A stretch of 64,000 bases of DNA from positions 1,869,098 through 1,933,097 of the forward strand of contig OZ242171.1 in the NCBI GenBank assembly GCA_965205525.1. Reading direction: 5' to 3'. Of the stretch, positions 54,327 through 64,000 are shown one piece after another (within the stretch, counting starts at the first letter, position 1; each line of letters starts with the position of its first letter). A program made the translations under genes and the position numbers. Below the pieces are notes generated by a model. That model did no database searches, was not told where the DNA came from, and saw only the letters and a program-made list of their open reading frames with translations. This stretch comes from Gammaproteobacteria bacterium (GTDB lineage: Bacteria; Pseudomonadota; Gammaproteobacteria; JABABF01).

Positions 54327-55190
54327 ATGGCCGCCGGCAAAGAGATCCGCACCAAGATCGCGAGCATTTCCAGCACGCAGAAAATTACCAGCGCGATGGA
54401 AATGGTCGCGGCGAGCAAAATGCGCCGTGCTCAGGAGCGCATGGCCCGGGGCAAGCCCTATTCCGGCCACATCCGCAGCGTTATCGGTCATATCGCCTGT
54501 GCAACACCGGAGCACCAGCATTTCTACATGGACGAGCGCGAGCCGAAGCGGGTGGGGCTTATCGTGGTCTCTACTGACAGGGGGCTGTGCGGCGGCTTGA
54601 ATATTTCCCTGTTCAAGGCAGTGGTCGGACACATGCGCCAGTGGAATGAGCAGGGCATTGAGGTGGAGCTGTGTCTCATCGGCGCTAAGGCTGGCGCCTT
54701 TTTCAAAAGTGTCGGCGGGAAAGCGGTCTCCCAGGTGCGCGGTCTTGGTGAGAAGCCGTCGGTGGAGGATCTGATAGGCACTGTGAAGATAATGCTGGAC
54801 GGCTTTGAAGAGCAGCGCTTAGATCGTCTGTTCCTGGCCGGCAATGATTTTGTCAATACCATGACCCAGAGCCCGCAGGTCAAGCAGTTGCTGCCGCTGC
54901 CGGCGGACGAGACAGCGGACTACCAGCACCACTGGGACTACATCTATGAGCCGGACGAAGCGGGACCGCTGCTCTCCGGCCTCCTGGCACGCTACATAGA
55001 GGCCTTGGTGTACCAGGCGGTGGTGGAAAACGGCGCCTGCGAGCAGGCGGCGCGGATGGTGGCAATGAAAAGCGCTACGGAGAATGCGGGCGAGCTGATA
55101 GATGAGCTGCAGCTGGCCTACAACAAGAGTCGCCAGGCTGCCATCACGCAGGAGCTGTCAGAAATTGTCAGCGGTGCGGCGGCGGTATAG
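54327..55190 (+). CDS. atpG: F0F1 ATP synthase subunit gamma
   Basis: [36 protein letters not shown]. Confidence 0.9.
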   Translation: MAAGKEIRTKIASISSTQKITSAMEMVAASKMRRAQERMARGKPYSGHIRSVIGHIACATPEHQHFYMDEREPKRVGLIVVSTDRGLCGGLNISLFKAVVGHMRQWNEQGIEVELCLIGAKAGAFFKSVGGKAVSQVRGLGEKPSVEDLIGTVKIMLDGFEEQRLDRLFLAGNDFVNTMTQSPQVKQLLPLPADETADYQHHWDYIYEPDEAGPLLSGLLARYIEALVYQAVVENGACEQAARMVAMKSATENAGELIDELQLAYNKSRQAAITQELSEIVSGAAAV

Positions 55191-55204
55191 ACTGGAGCGG
55201 TGCC

Positions 55205-55675
55205 ATGCGGAATTTGTTCAGCACCGGGCCATGCCGAGTCAGCAGAACTCCCCGCAACTTGGATTTCCAAATGATGCATGTTCAGAAAACCGGGCGGGAA
55301 GATGGCTTTCCCAAGCTGCTGGATGAATACCTGCCCCCGCCATCGCCAGATGCCGAGCCCCCGGTCCGCGAAGTCTTGGATCTTCACGGCTTTTATCTGG
55401 AGGAGGCCCTGGAGAAAGTGCGCAGCCATGTCATCGCGGCGGCCAGAAGCGGCATGGAGCAGGTGCGCATTGTCTATGGTCGGGGGCGGCACTCCCCGGA
55501 CGGCCAGCCAGTGCTTCGGGAAGAGGTGCAGAAGCTCCTGCAAAAGGAGCTGCGACCCTATGTACAGAGATTTAAATCTGCGCCGCGCAAACAGGGCGGA
55601 GAAGGCGTGGCCATCGTCTATCTCTCCCTCGGTGACAGTCGCCAGCGGCTGGCGGCACAGCGGCATGAATCATGA
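55205..55675 (+). CDS. Smr (small MutS-related) domain protein inserted between atpG and atpD
   Basis: LDLHGFYLEEALEKV...VRIVYGRGRHSPDGQPVLREEVQKLLQ...GGEGVAIVYL is an Smr domain. Translation may begin at an internal Met (MMHVQ...). Confidence 0.7.
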   Translation: MRNLFSTGPCRVSRTPRNLDFQMMHVQKTGREDGFPKLLDEYLPPPSPDAEPPVREVLDLHGFYLEEALEKVRSHVIAAARSGMEQVRIVYGRGRHSPDGQPVLREEVQKLLQKELRPYVQRFKSAPRKQGGEGVAIVYLSLGDSRQRLAAQRHES

Positions 55676-57091
<1,416 letters not shown>

Positions 57092-57121
57092 GCGCATGCC
57101 CGCAGAGTACCGAGCCCGGAC

Positions 57122-57550
57122 ATGAGCCAAGCCAGAGTGCGCTGTGAAATCGTCAGCGCAGAACAGCAGATTTTCTCCGGCGAGGTGGAGATGCTGCTGG
57201 TCACCGGCGCGCTGGGAGACCTCGGTATCGCACCCGGACATGCACCGCTCCTGACCGAGCTGAAACCCGGCCCGATAGAAATCCGCCAGGGCGAGGGCAA
57301 CACCCAGGTGTTTTATGTCTCCGGGGGCTACTTGGAAGTGCAGCCCAACTGCATCACCGTGCTAGCCGATACCGCGCTTCGGGCTGCGGACATAGATGAG
57401 GCGGCGGCAGAGGAGGCGCGCCAGGCGGCGGAGCGGGAGCTGGGCGACCGCAAGGGCGATATGGATTACACAAAAGCTGCCGCGCAACTGGCGGAGGCGG
57501 CGGCGCAGCTGCGGACTCTGCGACAGCTGAGGAATAAGCGCAGCGGATGA
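57122..57550 (+). CDS. atpC: F0F1 ATP synthase subunit epsilon
   Basis: Beta-sandwich N-terminus plus helical C-terminus typical of epsilon; follows atpD. Confidence 0.9.
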   Translation: MSQARVRCEIVSAEQQIFSGEVEMLLVTGALGDLGIAPGHAPLLTELKPGPIEIRQGEGNTQVFYVSGGYLEVQPNCITVLADTALRAADIDEAAAEEARQAAERELGDRKGDMDYTKAAAQLAEAAAQLRTLRQLRNKRSG

Positions 57551-58590
57551 CCGCACAGCCTGAGTTCCGGGGCAGCGCCTTGGATTATTTCGGGATCTGG
57601 AGCACCAACCTATTTCTAGTAATTCTGACCTTGGGCTTGTACTCCCCCTGGGCCACCGTTCGCAAGCGCAAGTATCTGTACGGCAGCACCTGCCTGCTGA
57701 ACTCGCCGCTGGACTACCATGCCCGGCCGCTGGCAATATTGAATGGCCGCTTGGTGGCTATCCTGCTGCTAGTGCTGATCAGCTTGCTTTCCTTTTTCCC
57801 GATAGCGGAAATATTGTTTTTACCCCTATTCGTTCTAGCAACGCCTTTCTTGGTAGCGCTTGCCTACAGGTTCAGTCTTCGCAATACTTCTTGGCGACAG
57901 GTGCGATTTGATTTCCGGGGCAGCGGCAAAAGTGCTTTCGCTCCCTATTTTTTCTGGCCTTCCCTAGCCATTATGACGCTCGGGCTGCTGCTCCCCTATA
58001 TGCGCTTTCGCCAGCTGCAATACACCACCGACAACATGGAATTCTGCGGGCAGCGCTTTCGTTTCAGCGGCAGGGCCGCCACTCTCTACAAGTTTTATAT
58101 ATTGGCTCTTATCGCTTTTTTTCTGGTTATCTCTGCGTATTTTTTCTTCTTTGCAAACTTTAGAGGTTTCGGCTTTGGCCCGCAGTCACTCCCTACGATT
58201 GCGCAGTCTATTTTAGGATACTGGGGAGATATCCTTGCATTTTTTGCAATAGTTTTCGTCATTCCCACTGCCGTCTATGTGGCCGAACTGCGATACCGAT
58301 ATAACCACACCAGTTTTGGTCCGGACATCGCCCGCTTCAGCAGCGACATCAGCACCGGCGGAATGCTGTGGCTCTCTATGACCAACCTGCTGGCAATTAT
58401 TCTCACCTTGGGTCTGGCCATCCCGTGGGCCGCTATCCGGGTGCTCCGCTATCGTCTCGCCCACATTCAAGTGCACTGCGAGTCCGAAGAGCGCATTGAC
58501 GCGATGATAGGCGAAGCCAAAGGGGAGGCCAGCGCCATTGGCGAGGAGATAGTGGAGGGCTTGGATGTCGGCACGGGCATAGGGATATGA
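57547..58590 (+). CDS. DUF898 (YjgN-like) family inner-membrane protein
   Basis: F.G...[22 protein letters not shown] pattern repeated twice (internal duplication typical of DUF898). ATGA overlap with the atpC stop. Confidence 0.7.
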   Translation: MTAQPEFRGSALDYFGIWSTNLFLVILTLGLYSPWATVRKRKYLYGSTCLLNSPLDYHARPLAILNGRLVAILLLVLISLLSFFPIAEILFLPLFVLATPFLVALAYRFSLRNTSWRQVRFDFRGSGKSAFAPYFFWPSLAIMTLGLLLPYMRFRQLQYTTDNMEFCGQRFRFSGRAATLYKFYILALIAFFLVISAYFFFFANFRGFGFGPQSLPTIAQSILGYWGDILAFFAIVFVIPTAVYVAELRYRYNHTSFGPDIARFSSDISTGGMLWLSMTNLLAIILTLGLAIPWAAIRVLRYRLAHIQVHCESEERIDAMIGEAKGEASAIGEEIVEGLDVGTGIGI

Positions 58591-59675
58591 GCAAGACAGA
58601 GGGCCTTCTTTTTGATGGCCGCTCTGCGAAGGGACAGCCTGTTTCACTGGAATGGGACGGCAGCTGCCTGCACATTAATGGAGAACATGGCAGCAGCGTT
58701 TGCAGCCGTGAGTCCCTGCGCGTCAGTGCCGATATCGGCGGCATTTCCCGCTGGATCTACCTGCCCAGCGGCCTGAGCTGCGAGGTGCGGAATTCGGCCT
58801 TCGCCGATGCCCTCTCTCCGCCGCCCCTGCGCCACCGCATCTTGCGAACATTTGAATCCCGCATCGGTCTCAGTATGGTCGCCGCCGTTTTGGTGCTGGC
58901 TGCGGTGGCTTGGGTGATGGCCCGGGGAGTGCCACTGCTGGCAGAGGCTGTAGCTGAGCGCTTGCCGGAGGAGACCCGTGCCGCTGCCGGCGAAGTTGCC
59001 TTGCTGGCAATGAATCAGCTGACCCGCCCCACCAGCCTCGGCACTGCAGAGCAGGCCCGGCTTGCCGCGCTGTTCAGTCGGGTAAAGGAGATGGCCGACC
59101 GGCCCGATGCCACCCTGTACATGCGAGACGGCTGGAGTATCGGCGCAAATGCGATTGCCATACCAGGCGAGCGCCTGGTCATCACCGACCAGCTGGTGCA
59201 GCTTGCAGAAAACGAGGACGAGCTGCTCGGCGTGATGGCGCATGAATTCGGTCATTTTGAATATCAGCACAGCATAAGAATGCTTTTTCTTTCAACCGGC
59301 ATCACGATAATGATGGCGGTTCTGCTCGGCGATATCAGCGCACTCTTTGACCAGGCAGGAGGCTTGCCCGTCCTGCTGGTATACAACGGCTACTCCCGCG
59401 AATTTGAGCAGGAGGCAGACGCCTATGCAATCGCACTCATGCAGGAGGACGGCATAGAACCATGGCATCTGTCCGCACTCCTCAGCCGACTGACCTCTGC
59501 AGCAGAACCCGGCCTGGACTATTTCTCCAGCCACCCGGCCACCGACAAAAGAATAAGAGCAATAGGATGTCCGCCGCTTTCACCAGCGGCAGACTTGCCA
59601 GAAACCGACCTCCTCCGCACCGCATGCATGCCGCAGGACAAGGCTGAAGACCCTGCCGTATTAATACGAAACTAA
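58587..59675 (+). CDS. M48-family zinc metallopeptidase with N-terminal domain and one TM segment
   Basis: HEFGHFEYQH (HExxH) with a downstream EQEADAYA third ligand region. ATGA overlap with the DUF898 stop. Confidence 0.75.
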   Translation: MSKTEGLLFDGRSAKGQPVSLEWDGSCLHINGEHGSSVCSRESLRVSADIGGISRWIYLPSGLSCEVRNSAFADALSPPPLRHRILRTFESRIGLSMVAAVLVLAAVAWVMARGVPLLAEAVAERLPEETRAAAGEVALLAMNQLTRPTSLGTAEQARLAALFSRVKEMADRPDATLYMRDGWSIGANAIAIPGERLVITDQLVQLAENEDELLGVMAHEFGHFEYQHSIRMLFLSTGITIMMAVLLGDISALFDQAGGLPVLLVYNGYSREFEQEADAYAIALMQEDGIEPWHLSALLSRLTSAAEPGLDYFSSHPATDKRIRAIGCPPLSPAADLPETDLLRTACMPQDKAEDPAVLIRN

Positions 59676-59697
59676 CATATTCTGTTTTAGCCTAGTA

Positions 59698-59725
59698 GAC
59701 GAATTCGCCACCCGTCAAAATCGCC
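59698..59725 (+). repeat. 28-bp direct repeat copy 1 (gacGAATTCGCCACCCGTCAAAATCGCC), 120 bp upstream of the GIY-YIG gene
   Basis: Identical 25-mer recurs at 60823-60847. Confidence 0.7.
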
Positions 59726-59844
59726 CCAGACACGGGTCTCCCCCTCCGTGGAGCAGGTCGCTAAGAACTTATTATAATGAAAATCCATGTCATAATCGAT
59801 TATGGTAATTAGTCAGAGTTGCCTTAATTTAATAGGAAAAAATC

Positions 59845-60675
59845 ATGAGTTCAATCCCAATTACAGATATCCTTGATATTGACAAACCAAGTGCATACAA
59901 ACTTCATGCCGCTCGGTATAATCGAGTCGATGAACCACTTTCTGTGTATGTTAGAGACAAGGATGAGTGGGTTGGCTGGAATAAGTGGAGAGGGGAAAGG
60001 CATGATTTCAATCGGCGATATATATTTTCATTGATTGATTTTTATCATGAAGCAAACACGTGGTTATTTGGTGGAATATTCAAAGTGATGGAAGAAAAGA
60101 AAGGTGAAAATTATAAGATAAAAAAGCTTAGTCAATATTCTAATTATGTTGGTAGATTGAAAGTTAAATGGACTCCCCCCAGTAGAAACCGGGCCTTTAA
60201 ATTGGAGAAGTATTTGGAAGAAATGATAGTCTCTGAGATTCTGAAACTGCGATATTCAGGAGAAAGTTTTCCCGGGTACGAAAACATAAATCATCGCTTC
60301 AGCACCCTAGAACCTATATTCAAAAATGAAGTCGCTGGGTGGAAAGCCGCATTAGAGAACGTTAAAGGGGTTTATGTGGTTATGGATGACTCCAATGGAA
60401 AAAAATATGTTGGATCTGCATATGGAGAAGATGGCGTTTGGTCTCGCTGGGGTTGTTACATCGGAACAGGCGGGCATGCGTGGAATGATGAGCTTGAAAA
60501 ACTAATTAAGAAGAAAGGGCCCGACTACGCACATAATCATTTCACGCTATCATTGCTTGAGCATTACCCAATGAAGGTAGATGACAGCGTGATTATAGGC
60601 AAGGAGGGCAGGGAGAATTACTGGAAAAAAGTATTTCTCTCAAGCTCAAAAAAGTTTGGCTACAACAAAAACTAG
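59845..60675 (+). CDS. GIY-YIG nuclease-domain protein (N-terminal domain unknown), low-GC
   Basis: C-terminal GVYVVMDDSNGKKYVGSAYGEDGVWSRW...H matches the GIY-YIG catalytic motif. Gene GC is far below the genome average. Confidence 0.6.
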   Translation: MSSIPITDILDIDKPSAYKLHAARYNRVDEPLSVYVRDKDEWVGWNKWRGERHDFNRRYIFSLIDFYHEANTWLFGGIFKVMEEKKGENYKIKKLSQYSNYVGRLKVKWTPPSRNRAFKLEKYLEEMIVSEILKLRYSGESFPGYENINHRFSTLEPIFKNEVAGWKAALENVKGVYVVMDDSNGKKYVGSAYGEDGVWSRWGCYIGTGGHAWNDELEKLIKKKGPDYAHNHFTLSLLEHYPMKVDDSVIIGKEGRENYWKKVFLSSSKKFGYNKN

Positions 60676-60819
60676 AGATTTAGGGAATATCTGATTAATA
60701 CGCGAAAACTTTGTGGTCAATGCGAAACTCTCTTTTATTATTCAGATATGCGGCATTGGTGCCGATGAAACTGCGGCACTTTTCACCACTTCAGCAACAA
60801 ACACATGCTATGCTGTAAA

Positions 60820-60847
60820 GATGAATTCGCCACCCGTCAAAATCGCC
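60820..60847 (+). repeat. 28-bp direct repeat copy 2 (gatGAATTCGCCACCCGTCAAAATCGCC), 37 bp upstream of the methyltransferase gene
   Basis: Identical 25-mer to 59701-59725. Confidence 0.7.
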
Positions 60848-60883
60848 GTGGCAAGCTGGGTTGCAGCAACCTAATCGGAGAAC

Positions 60884-61648
60884 ATGCCAATGCCTAGACC
60901 AGTTGCCAAACGGATTGAACCGATCAATGCGTCATCCGATACGCTGACCGCCAGCGTGTTCTCAAGTGTTCGGACTGTCCAACTGCCGGCGATAGAAATA
61001 CCCGCCGGCTTGAAGCTGAACAAGCGTATGAAAATGGACGGCTTGAAATTCCTTTCCAAACTGCCGGACAGCGCCATACCGGTCGCGTTCTTTGACCCGC
61101 AATATCGGGGGATACTCGACAAAATGTCGTATGGTAACGAGGGTATCGGACGCAGCCAGCGCCGCTGCGCTTTGCAGCAAATGACCGAGCCGACTATCGC
61201 CGAGTTTATTCGTGAGATTGATCGGGCACTGATACCAAGCGGGCATCTATTCCTATGGATGGATAAATTCCATCTTTGCAACGGCTTCCGTGGATGGCTG
61301 GACGCAACCGACCTTGATATTGTCGATCTGGTGAATTGGGATAAAGGCAAAATCGGCATGGGATATAGAAGCCGCCGGACTACCGAATACTGCGTCGTGC
61401 TGCAAAAGAAACCCCGCAAGGCCAAAGGCGTATGGAAAGTACACAATATCCCGGACACCTGGCGAGAGAAAACAAACAACGGAAACGGGCACCCGCATAA
61501 AAAACCGTTGGACTTGCAAGGCGAGCTAATCGCCGCCGTGAGCAATGAAGGTGATATTGTGATCGACCCGGCGGCCGGTGGTTTTACAGTGCTAGAAGCG
61601 GCAAAGCTGCAGCGTCGTAACTTTCTAGGCTGCGACCTAAACGGGTAA
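60884..61648 (+). CDS. beta-class N6-adenine/N4-cytosine DNA methyltransferase
   Basis: Motif IV FFDPQY (DPPY variant) precedes motif I IVIDPAAGGFTVLEAAKLQRRNFLGCDL; conserved HPHKKPLDLQGELI. Confidence 0.75.
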   Translation: MPMPRPVAKRIEPINASSDTLTASVFSSVRTVQLPAIEIPAGLKLNKRMKMDGLKFLSKLPDSAIPVAFFDPQYRGILDKMSYGNEGIGRSQRRCALQQMTEPTIAEFIREIDRALIPSGHLFLWMDKFHLCNGFRGWLDATDLDIVDLVNWDKGKIGMGYRSRRTTEYCVVLQKKPRKAKGVWKVHNIPDTWREKTNNGNGHPHKKPLDLQGELIAAVSNEGDIVIDPAAGGFTVLEAAKLQRRNFLGCDLNG

Positions 61649-61719
61649 TAGTGCAGGAACGGAAGCAAGAGCAGCCGGCAAATGTCCAGTTTTTCCTGTT
61701 CCTTTCTTCCCGCACTAGT

Positions 61720-62832
61720 TTAATCAACAACTAAACTATAAGAAGGCAGCAAGTCGCGTAACACGTATGTGCGGTGAATTGCCGCAGCACGATAAAACTG
61801 CCAAACTGGAGATTTTATGGCTTTAAAATAGTTTTCTTGGTTGTTAAACGCTTCCCATTCTTCATTCCAAGATTCGCCATCGTAGTCAGGTATCTGCTCA
61901 CCACTTTCAGTGCCAAATATCTTTCCCGATTCAGCAGCATCTTTCCAGACTTGGATTCGTCCTTCCTTGTTGGCCTGTGTTGCTAAAATGTTTATTACAC
62001 TGTCTCTGATGCTAGAGAATGGACGTCCATCTCCAGAATTATACTGCCCATTGGCTTGGGAAAATTTCCCAAATACTCTGTGTAAAGCTTGGCATCCCTC
62101 AAGAAAAGTTTCAGGATTATTTCTCTCACTCAACCGATTTTCTGCTTCAGCATCATCTTCATCATATTTGAAACTCCATTTCAAAAAGGGGCGGTCCGGG
62201 AAGGTTGCGGCAGCACCATGCCCCAAAGCGCCAGAGGCTATTTCGGCAACTATGCCTCCCAACGTGCTTTTTATATTTTTTATAGAGAAAGCATTTTCCT
62301 TTTTTTTGAAAAACTCTTTTTCTTTAGCACGAACATAGTCCTTAATTTTTTGGTCAAGGCCTTCATCAATATAAATTGAGGAATGCTTAATCTTGTTTCC
62401 ACGGGAGCTAATACCAGAAAAACCGTAGTGCGAAAAGGTATCAGCGTAAACATGTGCGCCAATCCCTATCAACTCACGAGCGAATCCGCGGCCTGCAAAA
62501 CCAAGATGGTGCTCGATCATCTCTCTTGCTGGTTTGCTGTCTTTTCGGCATTTCATCCTATCTCTATAGCTTTCACCAATATTGCCTGGAATAAAATGGA
62601 AAGGCACCCATACCCTACGCTGATCGTGTGGATCCAGATTCGCTAGCGTCATAGGGTGATGAGCAGTAGCTTCACTATCTATTCTTGATCCGTCTTCAAA
62701 TTCAAGAGCTTCCTTTGCCACATTGTCGTCTACAAATTGAGCACAGGTCGCAATAATTATTGCGGCATCCTGACTAAGGCCAGCGGCTCTCGCCATCGAG
62801 TAAGTGCCATGGTAATGCATGTCTAATTGCAT
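61720..62832 (-). CDS. hypothetical His-rich protein (possible metal-dependent hydrolase/nuclease-like), low-GC
   Basis: 370 aa. MQLDMHYHGTYSMARAAG...HHPMTL...HHLGFAGRG...GAHVYADTFSHYGF form clusters of His/Asp suggestive of metal binding. No confident family assignment. Confidence 0.45.
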   Translation of the reverse strand: MQLDMHYHGTYSMARAAGLSQDAAIIIATCAQFVDDNVAKEALEFEDGSRIDSEATAHHPMTLANLDPHDQRRVWVPFHFIPGNIGESYRDRMKCRKDSKPAREMIEHHLGFAGRGFARELIGIGAHVYADTFSHYGFSGISSRGNKIKHSSIYIDEGLDQKIKDYVRAKEKEFFKKKENAFSIKNIKSTLGGIVAEIASGALGHGAAATFPDRPFLKWSFKYDEDDAEAENRLSERNNPETFLEGCQALHRVFGKFSQANGQYNSGDGRPFSSIRDSVINILATQANKEGRIQVWKDAAESGKIFGTESGEQIPDYDGESWNEEWEAFNNQENYFKAIKSPVWQFYRAAAIHRTYVLRDLLPSYSLVVD

Positions 62833-63124
62833 GACATTGCTCCTTTTTGTAAAATTCCAGTTTGCCTTATAAAACTAAGGCCACCATCAAATATATACCA
62901 TGCTCTATTCTTCATGTTCAGTCAACCCCACTAAATTATACGCCGCGCTGAATGCTGGCGCAGGCCGATGGAGATCGCTGGATAAGTGAGTTATAGGTTT
63001 CACGGCAAATAAACTGTATGAAATACGGATACCCGCCCGATATTGTGTATATCCTCTCCACCGATGCATCATCCAACTTCACCTTTTCGGTTAAAATCAC
63101 TCGGCTTTGTCACGCAGATCGGAT

Positions 63125-64000
63125 ATGCAAACAGAAGACGAATGGAGAAAAGCGCTTGACGTGCTGCGCGGGACTTTCGGGTTTTCGGAGTTCCGCCCCC
63201 ACCAGGGAGAGGTCATACGGACGCTGCTGGCCGGCAGGGATGCGATTGCGGTGATGCCCACCGGCGGCGGCAAGTCGCTTTGCTATCAGATTCCGTCGAT
63301 CGTGCGCCGGGGGACCGGGGTGGTGGTTTCGCCGCTGATTGCACTGATGAAAGACCAGGTCGATGCCCTGCGCCAATACGGGGTTCGTGCGGCGTTTTTG
63401 AATTCCAGCCTGTCGTATGGCGAGCGCCTCGATACCGAGCAGACTTTCCTGCGCGGCGGTTTTGATTTGATCTATATGGCGCCGGAGGGCCTGCTCAGCG
63501 AGCCGATGCTGCAGCTGCTGGAAAAGGTCGATATTGCGCTGTTTGCAGTTGACGAGGCGCACTGCGTATCGCGCTGGGGGCACGATTTTCGGCGGGAGTA
63601 TCTGGGGCTTTCGGTGCTGGCGGAGCTGTTTCCCGAGGTGCCGCGGGTGGCGCTCACCGCCACCGCCGACGAGATGACGCAGCGCGAGATCACCGAGCAG
63701 CTGCGGCTGCGCAGCGCGGACAGGCATATCGCCGGCTACGACCGCCCCAACATCCGCTACATGATCAGCGAATCGGCCAACGCCCGGCAGTCGCTGCTCA
63801 ATTTCATCACCGAAAACCATGCCGGCGACAGCGGCATTGTCTATTGCATGTCGCGCAACGGCGTCGAGAAAACCGCCGAGTGGCTGGCCGCAAAAGGATT
63901 TTCGGCAGTTGCCTATCACGCCGGCATGACGCCCTCGGAGCGCGAGCATAATCACAACCGCTTCTTGAACGAGGCCGGCATCATCGTCGTGGCGACGATC
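63125..64000 (+). CDS. recQ: ATP-dependent DNA helicase RecQ (N-terminal 292 aa; continues beyond window)
   Basis: MQTEDEWRKALDVLRGTFGFSEFRPHQGEVIRTLLAGRDAIAVMPTGGGKSLCYQIP...DEAHCVSRWGHDFR...LTATAD. Not in the ORF track because it runs off the edge. Confidence 0.9.
   Translation, partial: MQTEDEWRKALDVLRGTFGFSEFRPHQGEVIRTLLAGRDAIAVMPTGGGKSLCYQIPSIVRRGTGVVVSPLIALMKDQVDALRQYGVRAAFLNSSLSYGERLDTEQTFLRGGFDLIYMAPEGLLSEPMLQLLEKVDIALFAVDEAHCVSRWGHDFRREYLGLSVLAELFPEVPRVALTATADEMTQREITEQLRLRSADRHIAGYDRPNIRYMISESANARQSLLNFITENHAGDSGIVYCMSRNGVEKTAEWLAAKGFSAVAYHAGMTPSEREHNHNRFLNEAGIIVVATI

Noticed and set aside
63110-63955. 281-aa minus-strand ORF covering the recQ region.
   Set aside because: Antisense to unmistakable RecQ helicase motifs (PTGGGKSLCYQIP, DEAH) on the plus strand.

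Overview
This is a high-GC (about 60%) gammaproteobacterial chromosomal replication-origin neighbourhood. One arm carries rpmH-rnpA-yidD-yidC-mnmE-mnmG-rsmG-parA-parB on the minus strand; the other carries dnaA-dnaN-recF-gyrB on the plus strand. A complete F1F0 ATP synthase operon (atpIBEFHAGDC) is also present. It is interrupted by an Smr-domain gene between atpG and atpD, and extended downstream by translationally coupled DUF898 and M48 peptidase genes. Accessory content includes a partial TonB-dependent receptor plus PLP-decarboxylase operon, tag, an aldehyde dehydrogenase and a lipoprotein-anchored MhpD-like hydratase. A low-GC island holds two tandem paralogous sulfotransferase genes. There are three apparent gene remnants: cobB/Sir2, a LacI-family regulator and a GAPDH C-terminus. 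Other accessory genes are a D-aminoacylase, plsC, a secreted FGE/SUMF1-domain protein with about 18 RTPPVSA heptad repeats, a Fic protein, an MFS exporter, a CoA-transferase plus epimerase operon, GST, SDR and pyk. A 2062-aa secreted beta-propeller plus Ig-like-repeat protein with a dockerin-like tail sits beside an SMP-30 lactonase gene. At the 3' end there is a low-GC island with a GIY-YIG nuclease gene, a beta-class N6/N4 DNA methyltransferase gene and a His-rich 370-aa protein gene, with identical 25-28 bp direct repeats upstream of the nuclease and methylase genes; recQ follows, partial. Many long ORFs antisense to real genes are GC-bias artefacts. ORFs running off the window edges (TonB-dependent receptor, recQ) are absent from the supplied ORF track and were recovered by reading the sequence.
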